From positions 10,079 to 74,078 of the forward strand of contig JAOZPP010000003.1 of NCBI GenBank assembly GCA_029932675.1: a DNA stretch of 64,000 bases, read 5' to 3'. The translations under genes were made by a program, and so were the position numbers. Origin of the DNA: a bacterium. GTDB lineage: Bacteria; SM23-81; DAOVCL01. The notes below the pieces were generated by a model. The model made no database searches, was not told the DNA's origin, and worked only from the letters and a program-made list of their open reading frames with translations. Of this stretch, positions 17,587 to 28,114 are shown in pieces (positions within the stretch are counted from its first letter, which is position 1; the number at the start of each line of letters is the position of its first letter).

Positions 17587-18615
17587 TTATCTGCCAAAGG
17601 CATATAGCCAGCCGTCATCTGCCCCCACCAATATTAGCTCCCGGGCGTGGAGGGGTGAAAACCTGATGCTCCCCCCCAATTTGCATTGCCATCTGAGTTT
17701 TCCCTCTCCGTCCAGGGCATAGATGTTCCCATCAAAGGAGCCGAAGAAGAGGTATCCCCAAAGGGGGACCGGTGATGAGTGCACCAGACCGCCAGTCTGA
17801 AACTTCCAGCAGAGCCTTCCGGACTCCTCGTCCAGACAGTAGAGGGAGCGATCATTTGAGCCAAAGAGCACCTTTCCCTTCCAGAAAGAAGGGGGGGAGA
17901 GAATGTTTCCTGCGGTTTGAAAGTCCCAGAGCTTCTCCCCGCTTGCCTTATCCAAGGAGAAGAATTTGCCGCTATAGGTACCAAAGTGGATTCGCCCCTG
18001 GTGGCTTCCCAGGGGAGAGAAGATAGGGGAGAAGGCATTAAACATCCAAAGTTGTTTCCCATCTTCTGCATTTAGGCAATAGATATGTCCCTCTCCATCC
18101 CCAAAGTAGACCTCACCCTCTTCGAATAGGGGAGTGGAGTAAATTGGTCCTTTGGCCTTATATCTCCATAACATCCCTCCGTCAGAGGAATCCAAGCAGT
18201 AAAGCCATCCCCTCCCCGAGCCTACCCAGATCTTCCCCTCCTCTACTACAGGTTGGGTGAGGGGATCGGGGACCTCCGTCCGCCAGAGGGTTTTCTCCCC
18301 CAGCAAAGCCAGGACGCCATCCTGCTTCTGGGTGGAGATGAATATTGTTTCCCCTTCACAGGAGGGGGCAGAGGCCGGATAGCCCTTCAGCCTTAGTTTC
18401 GAGATCACTTTCCCATCCCTGGGCCGAAGGATATAGATGACCTTTTTGGATGTCCCCAGAACAATTTGCTCCCCAAAGATCCGAGGTGAGGAAACCATCG
18501 GCCCTACCTTCCTCCGCCAAACAAGATGAACAACCGGAGTCTCCGAATTAAGGGAAGGCAAGAGGAGGAGGGAGAAGAGGAGGAGGGACGGAAAGTTTCT
18601 ACCCCTTCTGCCCAT
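17587..18615 (-). CDS. PQQ-like beta-propeller repeat protein (BamB-like)
   Basis: Signal peptide. Repeated G.LYCLD...G..LW blades typical of BamB/PQQ propellers. The start coincides with the stop of the upstream Omp85-like gene. Confidence 0.75.
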   Translation of the reverse strand: MGRRGRNFPSLLLFSLLLLPSLNSETPVVHLVWRRKVGPMVSSPRIFGEQIVLGTSKKVIYILRPRDGKVISKLRLKGYPASAPSCEGETIFISTQKQDGVLALLGEKTLWRTEVPDPLTQPVVEEGKIWVGSGRGWLYCLDSSDGGMLWRYKAKGPIYSTPLFEEGEVYFGDGEGHIYCLNAEDGKQLWMFNAFSPIFSPLGSHQGRIHFGTYSGKFFSLDKASGEKLWDFQTAGNILSPPSFWKGKVLFGSNDRSLYCLDEESGRLCWKFQTGGLVHSSPVPLWGYLFFGSFDGNIYALDGEGKLRWQCKLGGSIRFSPLHARELILVGADDGWLYAFGR

Positions 18616-21380
18616 CAGAAATCCCAGCCAAAGAAGAAGTTAAACCTTACCCCCCGGTCCAAAGATTGAAAATCAGTGGTCTTTGACCAGTCGAACCTCA
18701 GGGCAGTGTAGTAGCCGAGACCAACCCTAAACCCTACGCCAATGCTCCCCTTAAGCCCATCTAAGTCCTCTTCCCAGGCATTTCCCATATCGAAGAAGAG
18801 GGCCCCCCTTATCCCCCTAAAGTCGAAATCCCCTATAGGGGAAGCCATAAGAAGCCGATCCAATAGGGGGAAGCGAAGTTCATTGTTGATGAGGAGAAGA
18901 TGGCGTCCCATAAATGACCTCCTCTTATATCCCCTCATACTCCAACTCCCTCCCATATAGAACCTTTGCGGTTCCTTGCCCTGAGATGTCCTTCCCACTA
19001 TACGGAAGGCCCAACAACTTCTCCTGGTCAGCCGGAGGTAATTCCTTAGGTCTATGGAGAGATAACGGTCATAAACTTCCAAATGAAAGGGATCAACGGT
19101 TAGGGCCAAGCTGAGGTTGAACCTGAGACCATCAATGGGCCCAACCCCTCCCCAGAGGGAGGTATCCTTGATTAGGGAGAGGTAAACGGTGGAGAGAAAA
19201 GCCTTCCTTGGTTTCTCCCTCCACCAGGGTTTCTTTTCTGAACGTCTGAAAAGAAAACTGGCCTCTGCCCTCTCAAATTTGGTCAAGGGATAGCTGAGGC
19301 TGGCCAATCCACCGTATTCCCTCTCCGAATACCAGCCTTCGTAATCATCATAATACTCATCGTAGAAGTGAAAAAGGCCAGTGCCATAGTTGAACCTGTG
19401 TTCTAAATTTAGGTACCAGGCCCCTAAATTAAAGCTGGAGAAGAAATCGGCACTTGTGCGAGCGGTATTCCCCAGAAGGAAGTAATATTGGTGATTGCCT
19501 AAGACATCGCTAACCACGGCCTGAATTCCTCCAACAGCTCCCCTATGCAGGTTGTAGGCCATTGCGCTTTGAGCGAGGTCTAAGGAGAACTTTCTCCTGT
19601 ATCTTACACTGGCCTGGGTGATGGTTCCAGCAATCGAAGGTGGGCTCCAGGATTTCCCTTCTTGCGGTGCGGAATCCCCCACCACTAACGTATCCTCCAA
19701 ACTTTTTCTGTATATCTGGTAGCTATATCCCTCATAGACGGAGAAATATAGCTCTTTCCCCTCTCTTCCCCAGCAGGGATCAAATGCCCCGGTGAGGAGA
19801 TTGGTTGCCTTTACTATCCTTTCTCCCTTCAAGAGATAAAGATTGAAGATCCCTTCTTCTCTATCTGAGGCGAAGACGATCTCCCCTCCATTGGGGGAAA
19901 AGGACGGGGAAAGGTCGTGATGGGGCCCCCAGGTAAGCTGAGTAATCTTCCCATCTTCAAGGTTATAGGAGAAGAGGTTGTAGTATCCATCCTTACCCCA
20001 GGAGCCTCGATCAGAACTGAAACATATTTCCTCCCCTAATGGGGACCAAGATGGTTCTCGCTCATCGTAGATATCCTTGGTAAGCCTGTGGAGTCTCCCA
20101 TCGTTTAATTCAACGAGGTAGAGGTCATGAAGGCCCGATTTGTCAGCTCCCACCAGGACTATCCGCTTAGAGTCAGGTGACCAACTGGGTGAGGAGAGGA
20201 AGATGAGTTCGGGGAAGCCAAACCATCTCTCCACCCTCCCCCGCTTTAAGTCGTAAAGGTAGAGGACATCCCCTTCATTCCTCTTGGCCACGAAGGCAAG
20301 TTTCCCTTCTTGGGAGATGGACATCCTCCCCCTGAGGAGGTGAAGGGATTCGAATTCTTCCGCCCTCTCCCCTTTCACTAAGAGCTTGACCCCTCCCTCC
20401 TCTCCCCGAGGGGGAATGGAATAGATGTTCGAATAACCCATTCTGCTCGATTTAAAGACTACCTCTTCTTCACCGGAGTCAGGCTGGAAGACGGCTGGTT
20501 TTACATTTATCCCCTGAGAGGTCAACTTGACCGCAGCCAGCTCCGGGAGATCGCTCCCCTTCATCTGGGGGAAGTAGGATTTCTTTAACCACCAACTCCA
20601 CTCCTTATCCAAAGTCTTTAGGTCCTTGCCTAAGGTATTTTTAAAATCGCCATTTAGATCATTTGCTTTCCAGCAATTCTCTAAGAGGAGCCATAGCTTT
20701 TCCTCCCCATATGTTTGAGAGATAAACCTGAGGAATGACTGCCCTTCCTTATACATAAGGTAAGTTCCCTCGATCTGGGCCATCTGGGAAAGGGGAACGA
20801 ACTCTCCTGAGATAATCGCATCCCTCATCACCATATCCGCTTCCTCATCCCAGCCCACGGACCAATATTCGGCTATCCCCTCGGTGAACCAAAGGGGAGG
20901 GCCTCTGAAGTTATACTTGTGGTGGTCTTTGAGCACCTTGTTCAACTTTTCGAAGGTGAATACATGGACGAGTTCATGTTTTATTGAGTGCTTCAGTTTG
21001 GAATAGGAACCTTCAAAGGGAACCACCACCCTCCCCTTGATTTGCTCCATAAATGCTTCTACCGCCTCTGGTAGGAGGAGGGGGGTCACATTTGTCTGCT
21101 GAAAGTAGTTTTTGGTGCTGTAGAGGATGAGGGGAATCTTGTGGGAAGGGGTATAATTGAATTTGCTCTCCAGGTCCTGATAGCTTTCCTCTGCTATGCG
21201 CGCGGCAATCCCGGCCACCTCTTCCTCTTCTGGGTAGAAATAGACCCGAAAGTGGCTGGTCTCCATCACCCTCCAGTCGAATTGGGTATACTGGATCTTA
21301 TTTTTTCCGAAATAGTATTGAGCCCTGGCCGAGGAAGCCAAGAGAAAGAAAAGTAAGAAGGGGAAAATCTTCTTCCACAT
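18615..21380 (-). CDS. Outer-membrane protein with an N-terminal HExxH module, a PD40 (TolB-like) beta-propeller, and a C-terminal Omp85/BamA-type beta-barrel
   Basis: Signal peptide MWKKIFPFLLFFLLASSARA. An alternative ATG at 21443 extends the ORF upstream. HELVH followed by ...FTEGIAEY, a gluzincin-like arrangement. Repeated SWSPDSK / SFSPNGG PD40 motifs. C-terminal ...GYKRRSFMG..INNELRFPL...FDMGNAW...FNFFFGWDF resembling the PF01103 surface-antigen domain. Confidence 0.65.
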   Translation of the reverse strand: MWKKIFPFLLFFLLASSARAQYYFGKNKIQYTQFDWRVMETSHFRVYFYPEEEEVAGIAARIAEESYQDLESKFNYTPSHKIPLILYSTKNYFQQTNVTPLLLPEAVEAFMEQIKGRVVVPFEGSYSKLKHSIKHELVHVFTFEKLNKVLKDHHKYNFRGPPLWFTEGIAEYWSVGWDEEADMVMRDAIISGEFVPLSQMAQIEGTYLMYKEGQSFLRFISQTYGEEKLWLLLENCWKANDLNGDFKNTLGKDLKTLDKEWSWWLKKSYFPQMKGSDLPELAAVKLTSQGINVKPAVFQPDSGEEEVVFKSSRMGYSNIYSIPPRGEEGGVKLLVKGERAEEFESLHLLRGRMSISQEGKLAFVAKRNEGDVLYLYDLKRGRVERWFGFPELIFLSSPSWSPDSKRIVLVGADKSGLHDLYLVELNDGRLHRLTKDIYDEREPSWSPLGEEICFSSDRGSWGKDGYYNLFSYNLEDGKITQLTWGPHHDLSPSFSPNGGEIVFASDREEGIFNLYLLKGERIVKATNLLTGAFDPCWGREGKELYFSVYEGYSYQIYRKSLEDTLVVGDSAPQEGKSWSPPSIAGTITQASVRYRRKFSLDLAQSAMAYNLHRGAVGGIQAVVSDVLGNHQYYFLLGNTARTSADFFSSFNLGAWYLNLEHRFNYGTGLFHFYDEYYDDYEGWYSEREYGGLASLSYPLTKFERAEASFLFRRSEKKPWWREKPRKAFLSTVYLSLIKDTSLWGGVGPIDGLRFNLSLALTVDPFHLEVYDRYLSIDLRNYLRLTRRSCWAFRIVGRTSQGKEPQRFYMGGSWSMRGYKRRSFMGRHLLLINNELRFPLLDRLLMASPIGDFDFRGIRGALFFDMGNAWEEDLDGLKGSIGVGFRVGLGYYTALRFDWSKTTDFQSLDRGVRFNFFFGWDF

Positions 21381-21613
21381 GGCAAGGCTAAGATAAGAAG
21401 CAGAGGAGGGAAAAGCAAGCGGAAAGATAAGGGGCTGACCCATTATCGGAGTGGTGGATCGAGCTTTACTTCTATAAGGTTCAGTTGTTTGCGGAACTCC
21501 AGGGGGGCGAAGCCCCTATAGAGAACTTTGCCAACGTGGTGCGCTAAGGACTGAATAGAAAGGATGGTGAGTAATTTTGCTTATCTGTTTTTTTCCACTG
21601 GGCTCTGGAACCT

Positions 21614-22099
21614 CTACTCAAAGTTAAAGCTCACTAAGTATTTCTCAAAATCGGCTACGACATATCTTTTGCCCTTTTGGATAATCTTATGTCCTTCCCT
21701 TTCCAAAAGCTTCCTTTGAGCCTCCACTCTCCCTGGATATTTCTCGTTTATTATGCCACCCGTTTTTAGGGTCCGCCAGTAAGGGGTGATATCCTTTATC
21801 CCTGCGGCTGCTGTCTCTTCTGCAGCATTGGCCGCAATCCAGGCGAAGATTCCAGTGGTCATCGGGCATCCAATTGTAGCGTTATGTTTATGGGCAAGTT
21901 TCGCCCGAATTTGATTTATGGTAATTAGCTTACCTTGGGGGACTTCCCTCATAATCTCATCAACCTCTTTTGGGGCCGGGATGACAACCGTCCCTTTCCC
22001 CCACCTCTTGCTCAACTTTTCGCTGATCTTTTCTACTCTTGGTAGATCTTTACTATCTGCTAACTTATCTCGCCAGGATTTCCGCGGTTTGGCACCCAT
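21614..22099 (-). CDS. MGMT/Atl-family DNA-binding domain protein (alkyltransferase-like)
   Basis: ATIGCPMTTGI...ITPYWRTLKTGGIIN resembles the MGMT/ATL winged-helix region, with the P(W/Y)(H/W)RV-like motif. Confidence 0.5.
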   Translation of the reverse strand: MGAKPRKSWRDKLADSKDLPRVEKISEKLSKRWGKGTVVIPAPKEVDEIMREVPQGKLITINQIRAKLAHKHNATIGCPMTTGIFAWIAANAAEETAAAGIKDITPYWRTLKTGGIINEKYPGRVEAQRKLLEREGHKIIQKGKRYVVADFEKYLVSFNFE

Positions 22100-22128
22100 C
22101 TTTTAGCTCCTCTTTCAGAGGAAAGAGC

Positions 22129-22818
22129 CTACTTCAGAAGTAGCATGGCTCTCGTTGCACTGTATCCCCCAGCTTGTAGGCGATAGTAATAAACCCCACT
22201 GGCAACTTCCTTCCCCTCTTCATCCCTCCCATCCCAAGTTAAACTGTGATGACCAGAGCCTGCTTCTCCATCCAAAAGCGTAATAACCCTTTTGCCAACA
22301 GTATCAAACACTTTCAAGGAGACCGAAGTAGATTCTGGTAGATCAAATTCAATATCTGTCTGGGGATTGAAGGGATTGGGGAAGTTTTGAGATAGATTGT
22401 AGATGTGGGAGGCAGGAGGGTCATCAGAATCTTTTGCTAAAAATCCACAGACCATCTCCTTTTCATTTATATCAACTACAGCAAGTTTATAGTAGCAGTT
22501 TGAATTGTCTCTCAAGGGATATACATAGGGGGTCTGGCCGATCACCAAGTTCTCATTTATCTTGGTGTAACCTTTGGCTCTGGTGGGACTGCCATAAAGG
22601 TTGAAGCCTAAGATCTTCCTCTCCTCTTTTGTCTCCCATTCAAGCCTTGTGACCCCTCTGTCTGAAAGGAGATTAAAAGACTCGAGTTCTACGCCGTGTT
22701 CTACTTCATACCTCAAGATGCTGAGGAAGGGATTTTGCTCCGGTTTTGTAGGATTTTTCCAACACCCTATAATCAAACCGATTGAAACCAATAAAATGAG
22801 AGAACTAAACCTTCTCAT
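22129..22818 (-). CDS. Small secreted (lipo)protein with a T9SS type-A C-terminal sorting domain
   Basis: LIIGC lipobox-like signal. C-terminal LSQNFPNPFNPQTDIEFDL...LKVFDTVGKRV...WDGRDEEGKEVASGVYYYRL. Confidence 0.7.
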   Translation of the reverse strand: MRRFSSLILLVSIGLIIGCWKNPTKPEQNPFLSILRYEVEHGVELESFNLLSDRGVTRLEWETKEERKILGFNLYGSPTRAKGYTKINENLVIGQTPYVYPLRDNSNCYYKLAVVDINEKEMVCGFLAKDSDDPPASHIYNLSQNFPNPFNPQTDIEFDLPESTSVSLKVFDTVGKRVITLLDGEAGSGHHSLTWDGRDEEGKEVASGVYYYRLQAGGYSATRAMLLLK

Positions 22819-22833
22819 TTGCTTTACCTCTTT

Positions 22834-24120
22834 TTACTTTATCTTCAACGAGGTCGAGAGAATGAGGGAAAATCCGCTGTTGTCACCAGGCGACAGTATC
22901 CTGCCGTCTGCATAGGAGATGTCGAACTGATAAAAACCCTTGTGAAAACCTGTGCCCAAGGTAAGGGAATATTGGATCCCAGTGGAAAAGGGAAGACTCT
23001 TGTAATCTGGTGAGGTGAAGAATCCAAGCCTCAGAGGGATATGCTCATTTATCTTAAATCTCATGCCAAAATGAAGTTCTGTTCTATCCTTCCAGTTGTA
23101 ATTTATCAACTGGTTATGGTAAATATCCGCCTGAGAGGAGTCAATAAAAACTGTCTTCTCATCTTCGACCATGCATCTTGCCTCTGATCCCTTTACATAA
23201 ACCACCTCTCCAGCAAACCACAATGACTTAAAGGGGTTAAAGGAAACCCCTGCTCCATACCTGTCTGGTATGGTGAAATATCCATCTGCCTTTCCATGGA
23301 ATTCATTGGGAACATTCTCCTGGTCACTTTGATAGCCAATTAAGAATAAAGAATGGGACTCATCCCAGTGAACCTTCCCATATCTTTTCGCCACCAGCCC
23401 AAGCGATAGCTTTCTATTCGGCCTGAAATATAGGCCAAAATCGTAGCCAAATCCATTACCAGACAATGAGTTGAGATGTTTCGGATGAAACTCGCCTATT
23501 ATATTCCCAAGGGCATCAGTCTGTTTCTGTGGCTCATAATCGATCTCCAGCCTGCCATCGGTGTGAATGTAGGAGAGATTTATCCCTATCGCTATGTTTT
23601 TTCTTAGCCGACGAGCTAGTGTTAAGGTAAAGGCATCACAGTTTAGGTGTCCAAGGTGAGTGGCTTTGGGGGCCATCAACAACTTTACATCAATTGGTAT
23701 AGCAAAAATTGGGCTATAGCTCAGTCCAACTGTAAACAGTGGGGTGGAAAAGGTCATAAATCCATCTACCATATGATGGTGGTTATATCTGTAATCGCTA
23801 TCGGCTATCTCCTCATAGTTGTTTCTGACTCTTATCCCATTTCTGCTACTATACCCATAGACGAGTGTGGCATTTGCCCCCTCCAACAGTGCCGCCCCAG
23901 CGGGGTTCCAACAGATTGCTGAGGCGTCCTCTAATCCGGAAGAGTGGACATTGCCCATTCCCATAGCCTTGGGATCAGAACCATAAAAACCTGAAGGGCC
24001 GATATTCCTTACAAACCGGAAGAGATATAGGTGGCCTCCGTAATCGTCAGAACCATAAGCCAACCCAACACTCAAAAATCCGAGCAAAACTATGAGAGCG
24101 AAAACTGCTTTCTTATTCAT
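22834..24120 (-). CDS. Outer-membrane beta-barrel protein, FadL/PorV-like
   Basis: Signal peptide. An N-terminal plug-like motif AMGMGNVHSSGLEDASAICWNPAGAALL. Alternating beta-strand pattern. Directly upstream of a T9SS-tailed cargo gene. Confidence 0.45.
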   Translation of the reverse strand: MNKKAVFALIVLLGFLSVGLAYGSDDYGGHLYLFRFVRNIGPSGFYGSDPKAMGMGNVHSSGLEDASAICWNPAGAALLEGANATLVYGYSSRNGIRVRNNYEEIADSDYRYNHHHMVDGFMTFSTPLFTVGLSYSPIFAIPIDVKLLMAPKATHLGHLNCDAFTLTLARRLRKNIAIGINLSYIHTDGRLEIDYEPQKQTDALGNIIGEFHPKHLNSLSGNGFGYDFGLYFRPNRKLSLGLVAKRYGKVHWDESHSLFLIGYQSDQENVPNEFHGKADGYFTIPDRYGAGVSFNPFKSLWFAGEVVYVKGSEARCMVEDEKTVFIDSSQADIYHNQLINYNWKDRTELHFGMRFKINEHIPLRLGFFTSPDYKSLPFSTGIQYSLTLGTGFHKGFYQFDISYADGRILSPGDNSGFSLILSTSLKIK

Positions 24121-24375
24121 GGATCTCTTCCATCCCTTATTTGTTCAAGAGAAGAAAATCTTAGCTTGCCTCAGGATTTTTATGGGTATTGGATACAGTT
24201 TCTTAATTGGACAGTTTTTCTTTTATGTTGTTGGGCTCTAGCAGTAATTAAATAAATATACTTATTTTCTTTCTCTAACTCAGCTTTTAAATTACTATTC
24301 TTTCCCAATATCGATTGGCATATTATTCCTTTTGGGTCATTCAACTTCTCTTGTGAGAGGTTACCCTTTTTCTCA

Positions 24376-24426
24376 CCAAAAATGGGGAGTTTTATCGCCT
24401 ACCTCAATCTGTGGCGGAGACTCCCC
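24376..24426 (-). terminator. Candidate intrinsic terminator downstream of the nrdD small ORF
   Basis: On the minus strand, GGGGAGT...ACTCCCC forms a stem with an imperfect extension, followed by ATTTTTGG. Confidence 0.45.
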
Positions 24427-24489
24427 TTTACCCTCTAAGTGGCTAAATAAATTTTTGCGCTCATAACTATCCCACTGCCAGCCACAGTT

Positions 24490-24660
24490 TTATTTCAGCT
24501 TAAATGGTTTCCTCTCCTCAAATTCCTGCTGTTTTCCTAAATTCCAGTTGGCCACTGGACGATAGTAACCCACTACCCTACTGTAAACCTCGCAAGGGAC
24601 CTTCTTCACTATTCTGCTTGTTGTCCGCAGTTCCTTTTCCTTCTTTACTTGGGTTTCCAT
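24490..24660 (-). CDS. Stand-alone glycyl-radical segment of the anaerobic RNR, 56 aa (METQVK...RVVGYYRPVANWNLGKQQEFEERK)
   Basis: Carries the class-III RNR glycyl-radical signature R.VGY.RPV..WN.GK..E...R. Its ATG lies 1 nt after the TAA stop of nrdD, in a different frame. Confidence 0.6.
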   Translation of the reverse strand: METQVKKEKELRTTSRIVKKVPCEVYSRVVGYYRPVANWNLGKQQEFEERKPFKLK

Positions 24661-24661
24661 T

Positions 24662-26770
24662 TTAAGTTCCAACCTCCTCTAAGGTCTCCACCCCATATCT
24701 CTCCAGTTCCTCTGGGGTATGTTCATAGGGACAAAACTGATGTTCCCCGGGGATGTAGCCGTGGACAGGACAAATGCTGAAGGTGGGGGTGATGGTGAAA
24801 TAGGGAAGCTTGAAGTTCTCCGCTATCTTCCTCACCAAGAGCTTGCACATCTGAGGGTCATCTATTTTTTCTCCCACATAGCAATGAAAGACAGTTCCCC
24901 CCGTATAGATCGTTTGCAGGGGGTCCTGCAGGCTCAGGGCCTCAAAGAGGTCTTCTGTATAGCCAACAGGCAGTTGGGAGGAGTTGGTATAATAGGGCTC
25001 CTCATCCCCCTGGGTGAAGATGTCGGCATATTGTTCCCTGTCTATGCGGGCTAACCTATAGGAAGTCCCTTCCGCTGGAGTAGCCTCTAAGTTGTAGAGG
25101 TTGCCAGTCTCCTCGGAGAAACGGGATAGTTGTTGGCGCATAAATTGAAGGGTCTGGATGGCGAAGTCCCTCCCCTTTGGGTTGCCGATGTTTACCCCCA
25201 AGAGGTTAACCGCGGCTTCGTTCAATCCCACAACTCCGATGGTGGAAAAATGGTTGGCCCACCAGCTACCGAAGTTCTCCTTAATCGCCTCTAAGTATAC
25301 CTTGGAATAGGGATAGAGGCCCTCTTCTGTAAAGCGCTCCAAGACCTTTCTCTTCACCTCTAAGCTTACCTTAGCTATCTCCATAAGGTCTAAGAGTCGG
25401 TCAAAGAATTCCTCTTCTGTCGAGGAGAGATATCCCAAACGGGGAAGGTTGATCGTGACCACTCCAATGCTCCCGGTAAGGGGATTGGCCCCGAAGAGGC
25501 CACCTCCTCGATAGGTGGCCCTCTCCCTTTTCTGAGATGAGGAAGAGAGCTTGAGGGAGAGGAGATCCCCCCTCTTGCGGAGCTCCCTGTTATCCAACCT
25601 TAATCGGCAGCACATAGAGCGGGCGTCATCCGGATTCATATCGGAGTTGATAAAATTGGAGAAGTAAGGGGTCCCATACTTGGCGGTCATCTCCCAGAGC
25701 CTATTTAACTTGGGGTTATCCCAGTGGAAGTCCTTGGTGATGTTGTAGGTAGGAATGGGGAAGGTGAATACCCTCCCCTTGGCGTCTCCCTCCATCATCA
25801 GCTCGCAGAATACTGAATTGAAGAGATCCATCTCCTCCTGAAACTCACCATATACCTCCTTTTGGGGATTACCCCCAATGATAACTGGCTCATCCCGTAG
25901 GCTACTTGGTGGTTCCAAGTCCATAGTGATGTTAGTGAAGGGGGTTTGAAAGCCTGTGCGGGTGGGGATGTTTACGTTGAAGAGGAACTCCTGCATCTCC
26001 TGTTTTAACTCCCGGTAGTCAAGCTGATCATAACGGATGAAGGGGGCCAAGAGGGTGTCGAAGTTGGAAAATGCTTGGGCTCCGGCAGCTTCCCCCTGAA
26101 GGGTATAGAAGAAGTTGACCACTTGCCCCAAGGCAGCCCTCAGGTGTTTGGGAGGCTTACTCTCCGTCTTCCCCACAACTCCGCCCAGACCGCGGCGCAG
26201 AAGGTCCTGGAGGTCCCAACCACAGCAGTAAACGGAGAGGAGACCCAGGTCATGGATATGGAAATCCCCTCGGCTATGGGCCTCTCTCACCTCCTGGGGA
26301 TATATCCTCTCCAACCAATATTGGGCAGTGACCAAGGAGGTGATGTGGTTGTTCAGCCCTTGGAGGGAGTAGCTCATATTGGAGTTTTCCCTCACCCTCC
26401 AGTCCTCCTTTGAGAGGTAGCGATCGACTATATTGAGGGCTTCAGAGAAGAGCGCACGGGCGTGCCTGAGCTTGGCATGTTGTTCCCGATAGAGTATATA
26501 GGCCTTAGCAACCTCGGCCTTTCCTCTCTCGATGAGCACCTTCTCCACTAAGTCCTGCACATTCTCTACGGTGGGGATTCGTCCATCCTTGTAGATAACT
26601 TCTAAAACGGTGACGACCTGATGGGTGACCTTAGCTGCCTCCTGGGGTTCAAATGCCTTTACCGACTTCATCGCCTTGGAGATAGCTTCTCTGATCTTTT
26701 CGCTGTTAAAACGGCTCAGCCGGCCATCCCTCTTACGGATGAACTGAATCGTAGAATCAATCTCTTTCAT
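24662..26770 (-). CDS. nrdD: Anaerobic ribonucleoside-triphosphate reductase (class III), large ORF lacking the glycyl-radical loop
   Basis: N-terminal ATP-cone ([33 protein letters not shown]), an NrdD-like core, and a C-terminal Cys/His cluster (CPVHG...CPYEH). Start chosen at ATG 26770 (MKEID). It overlaps the accC stop by 14 nt. Confidence 0.8.
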   Translation of the reverse strand: MKEIDSTIQFIRKRDGRLSRFNSEKIREAISKAMKSVKAFEPQEAAKVTHQVVTVLEVIYKDGRIPTVENVQDLVEKVLIERGKAEVAKAYILYREQHAKLRHARALFSEALNIVDRYLSKEDWRVRENSNMSYSLQGLNNHITSLVTAQYWLERIYPQEVREAHSRGDFHIHDLGLLSVYCCGWDLQDLLRRGLGGVVGKTESKPPKHLRAALGQVVNFFYTLQGEAAGAQAFSNFDTLLAPFIRYDQLDYRELKQEMQEFLFNVNIPTRTGFQTPFTNITMDLEPPSSLRDEPVIIGGNPQKEVYGEFQEEMDLFNSVFCELMMEGDAKGRVFTFPIPTYNITKDFHWDNPKLNRLWEMTAKYGTPYFSNFINSDMNPDDARSMCCRLRLDNRELRKRGDLLSLKLSSSSQKRERATYRGGGLFGANPLTGSIGVVTINLPRLGYLSSTEEEFFDRLLDLMEIAKVSLEVKRKVLERFTEEGLYPYSKVYLEAIKENFGSWWANHFSTIGVVGLNEAAVNLLGVNIGNPKGRDFAIQTLQFMRQQLSRFSEETGNLYNLEATPAEGTSYRLARIDREQYADIFTQGDEEPYYTNSSQLPVGYTEDLFEALSLQDPLQTIYTGGTVFHCYVGEKIDDPQMCKLLVRKIAENFKLPYFTITPTFSICPVHGYIPGEHQFCPYEHTPEELERYGVETLEEVGT

Positions 26771-28112
26771 TGGCACCCTCCAACCTCTCCACAAAGGAGG
26801 TATCAAAATCCCCTTTAACGAAATCTTGGTCCATTAAGACCTTCTGATGGAAGGGGATAGTGGTTTTTACCCCCTCAACTATGAACTCCTCCAGGGCCCT
26901 CCTCATCCTCACAATTGCCTCCTCCCTCGTCCCCCCATAGGCGATGAGTTTGGCCAGCATCGAATCATAATAGGGGGGAATGATATACTGGGCATAGGCG
27001 TGGGTATCCACCCTTATCCCTGGCCCACCCGGTATGTGAAAACTGGTTATCTCCCCCGGAGAAGGCCTGAACCCGTTGGCAGGATCTTCTGCATTTATCC
27101 TGCACTCAATGGCATGTCCTTTGAGGTTGATCTCTTCCTGAGCAAAGCTTAGGGGTTCACCAGAGGCAATCTTTATCTGTTCCTTGACCAGGTCCACCCC
27201 ACTCACCTGTTCAGTGACCGGATGCTCCACTTGGATTCTGGTGTTCATCTCCATAAAGTAAAAATTGCCCTCCGCATCGAGAAGAAACTCTACCGTTCCT
27301 GCCCCTTTATACCTTACCGCCCTTGCTGCCTTTACCGCAGTCTTCCCCATCTTCTCCCGCAGCTTAGGGGTCACCGCAGGTGAAGGGGATTCTTCAACCA
27401 GTTTCTGATGTCTCCTCTGGATGGAGCACTCCCTCTCCCCTAAATGGATGACTTCACCCTCGCCATCGCCCAAGATCTGCACCTCCACATGCCGGGGATG
27501 TTCAATGATCTTCTCCAAGTAGACCTCTGGGTCTCCAAAGGCTGCCTTGGCCTCCGTACGGGTTATCTCAAAGGCCCTGCGCAGTTCCCACTCATCCCTT
27601 ACTATTCTCATCCCTTTCCCCCCTCCCCCTGAGCGGGCCTTTACCATAACCGGGAATCCAATCCCCCGGGCTAGCTTCACCGCCTCCTCCAAGTCTCCTA
27701 CCACTCCGTCTGAGCCAGGGATTACCGGAACCCCTGCCCTCTTCATCGCCTCCTTAGCATAGGCCTTGTCACCCATCTTCCTGATCATCTCCGAGGTGGG
27801 GCCAATGAAGGTAATCCCCACCGACTCACATATCTCCGCAAAGTTGGGGTTCTCGGCTAAAAATCCATACCCGGGGTGAATGGCATCTGCATTTGTTACC
27901 TCGGCAGCGCTGATGATCCTCCGGGGATCGAGATAGCTCTTCTCCGCTGGTGGGGGGCCAATGCAGACATCCTCATCGGCAAAGCGGACATGTAAGCTAT
28001 GGAGATCGGCCTGGGAATAGACGGCAATCGTCCTTATCCCCAATTCCTTACAGGCGTAGATGATTCTCAGGGCAATCTCGCCCCGATTGGCGATCAGGAC
28101 CTTAGAGAACAA
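26757..28112 (-). CDS. accC: Acetyl-CoA carboxylase biotin carboxylase subunit
   Basis: ATP-grasp and biotin carboxylase motifs throughout ([11 protein letters not shown]..., [14 protein letters not shown]). Confidence 0.95.
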   Translation of the reverse strand: MFSKVLIANRGEIALRIIYACKELGIRTIAVYSQADLHSLHVRFADEDVCIGPPPAEKSYLDPRRIISAAEVTNADAIHPGYGFLAENPNFAEICESVGITFIGPTSEMIRKMGDKAYAKEAMKRAGVPVIPGSDGVVGDLEEAVKLARGIGFPVMVKARSGGGGKGMRIVRDEWELRRAFEITRTEAKAAFGDPEVYLEKIIEHPRHVEVQILGDGEGEVIHLGERECSIQRRHQKLVEESPSPAVTPKLREKMGKTAVKAARAVRYKGAGTVEFLLDAEGNFYFMEMNTRIQVEHPVTEQVSGVDLVKEQIKIASGEPLSFAQEEINLKGHAIECRINAEDPANGFRPSPGEITSFHIPGGPGIRVDTHAYAQYIIPPYYDSMLAKLIAYGGTREEAIVRMRRALEEFIVEGVKTTIPFHQKVLMDQDFVKGDFDTSFVERLEGANERD

Positions 28113-28114
28113 TT

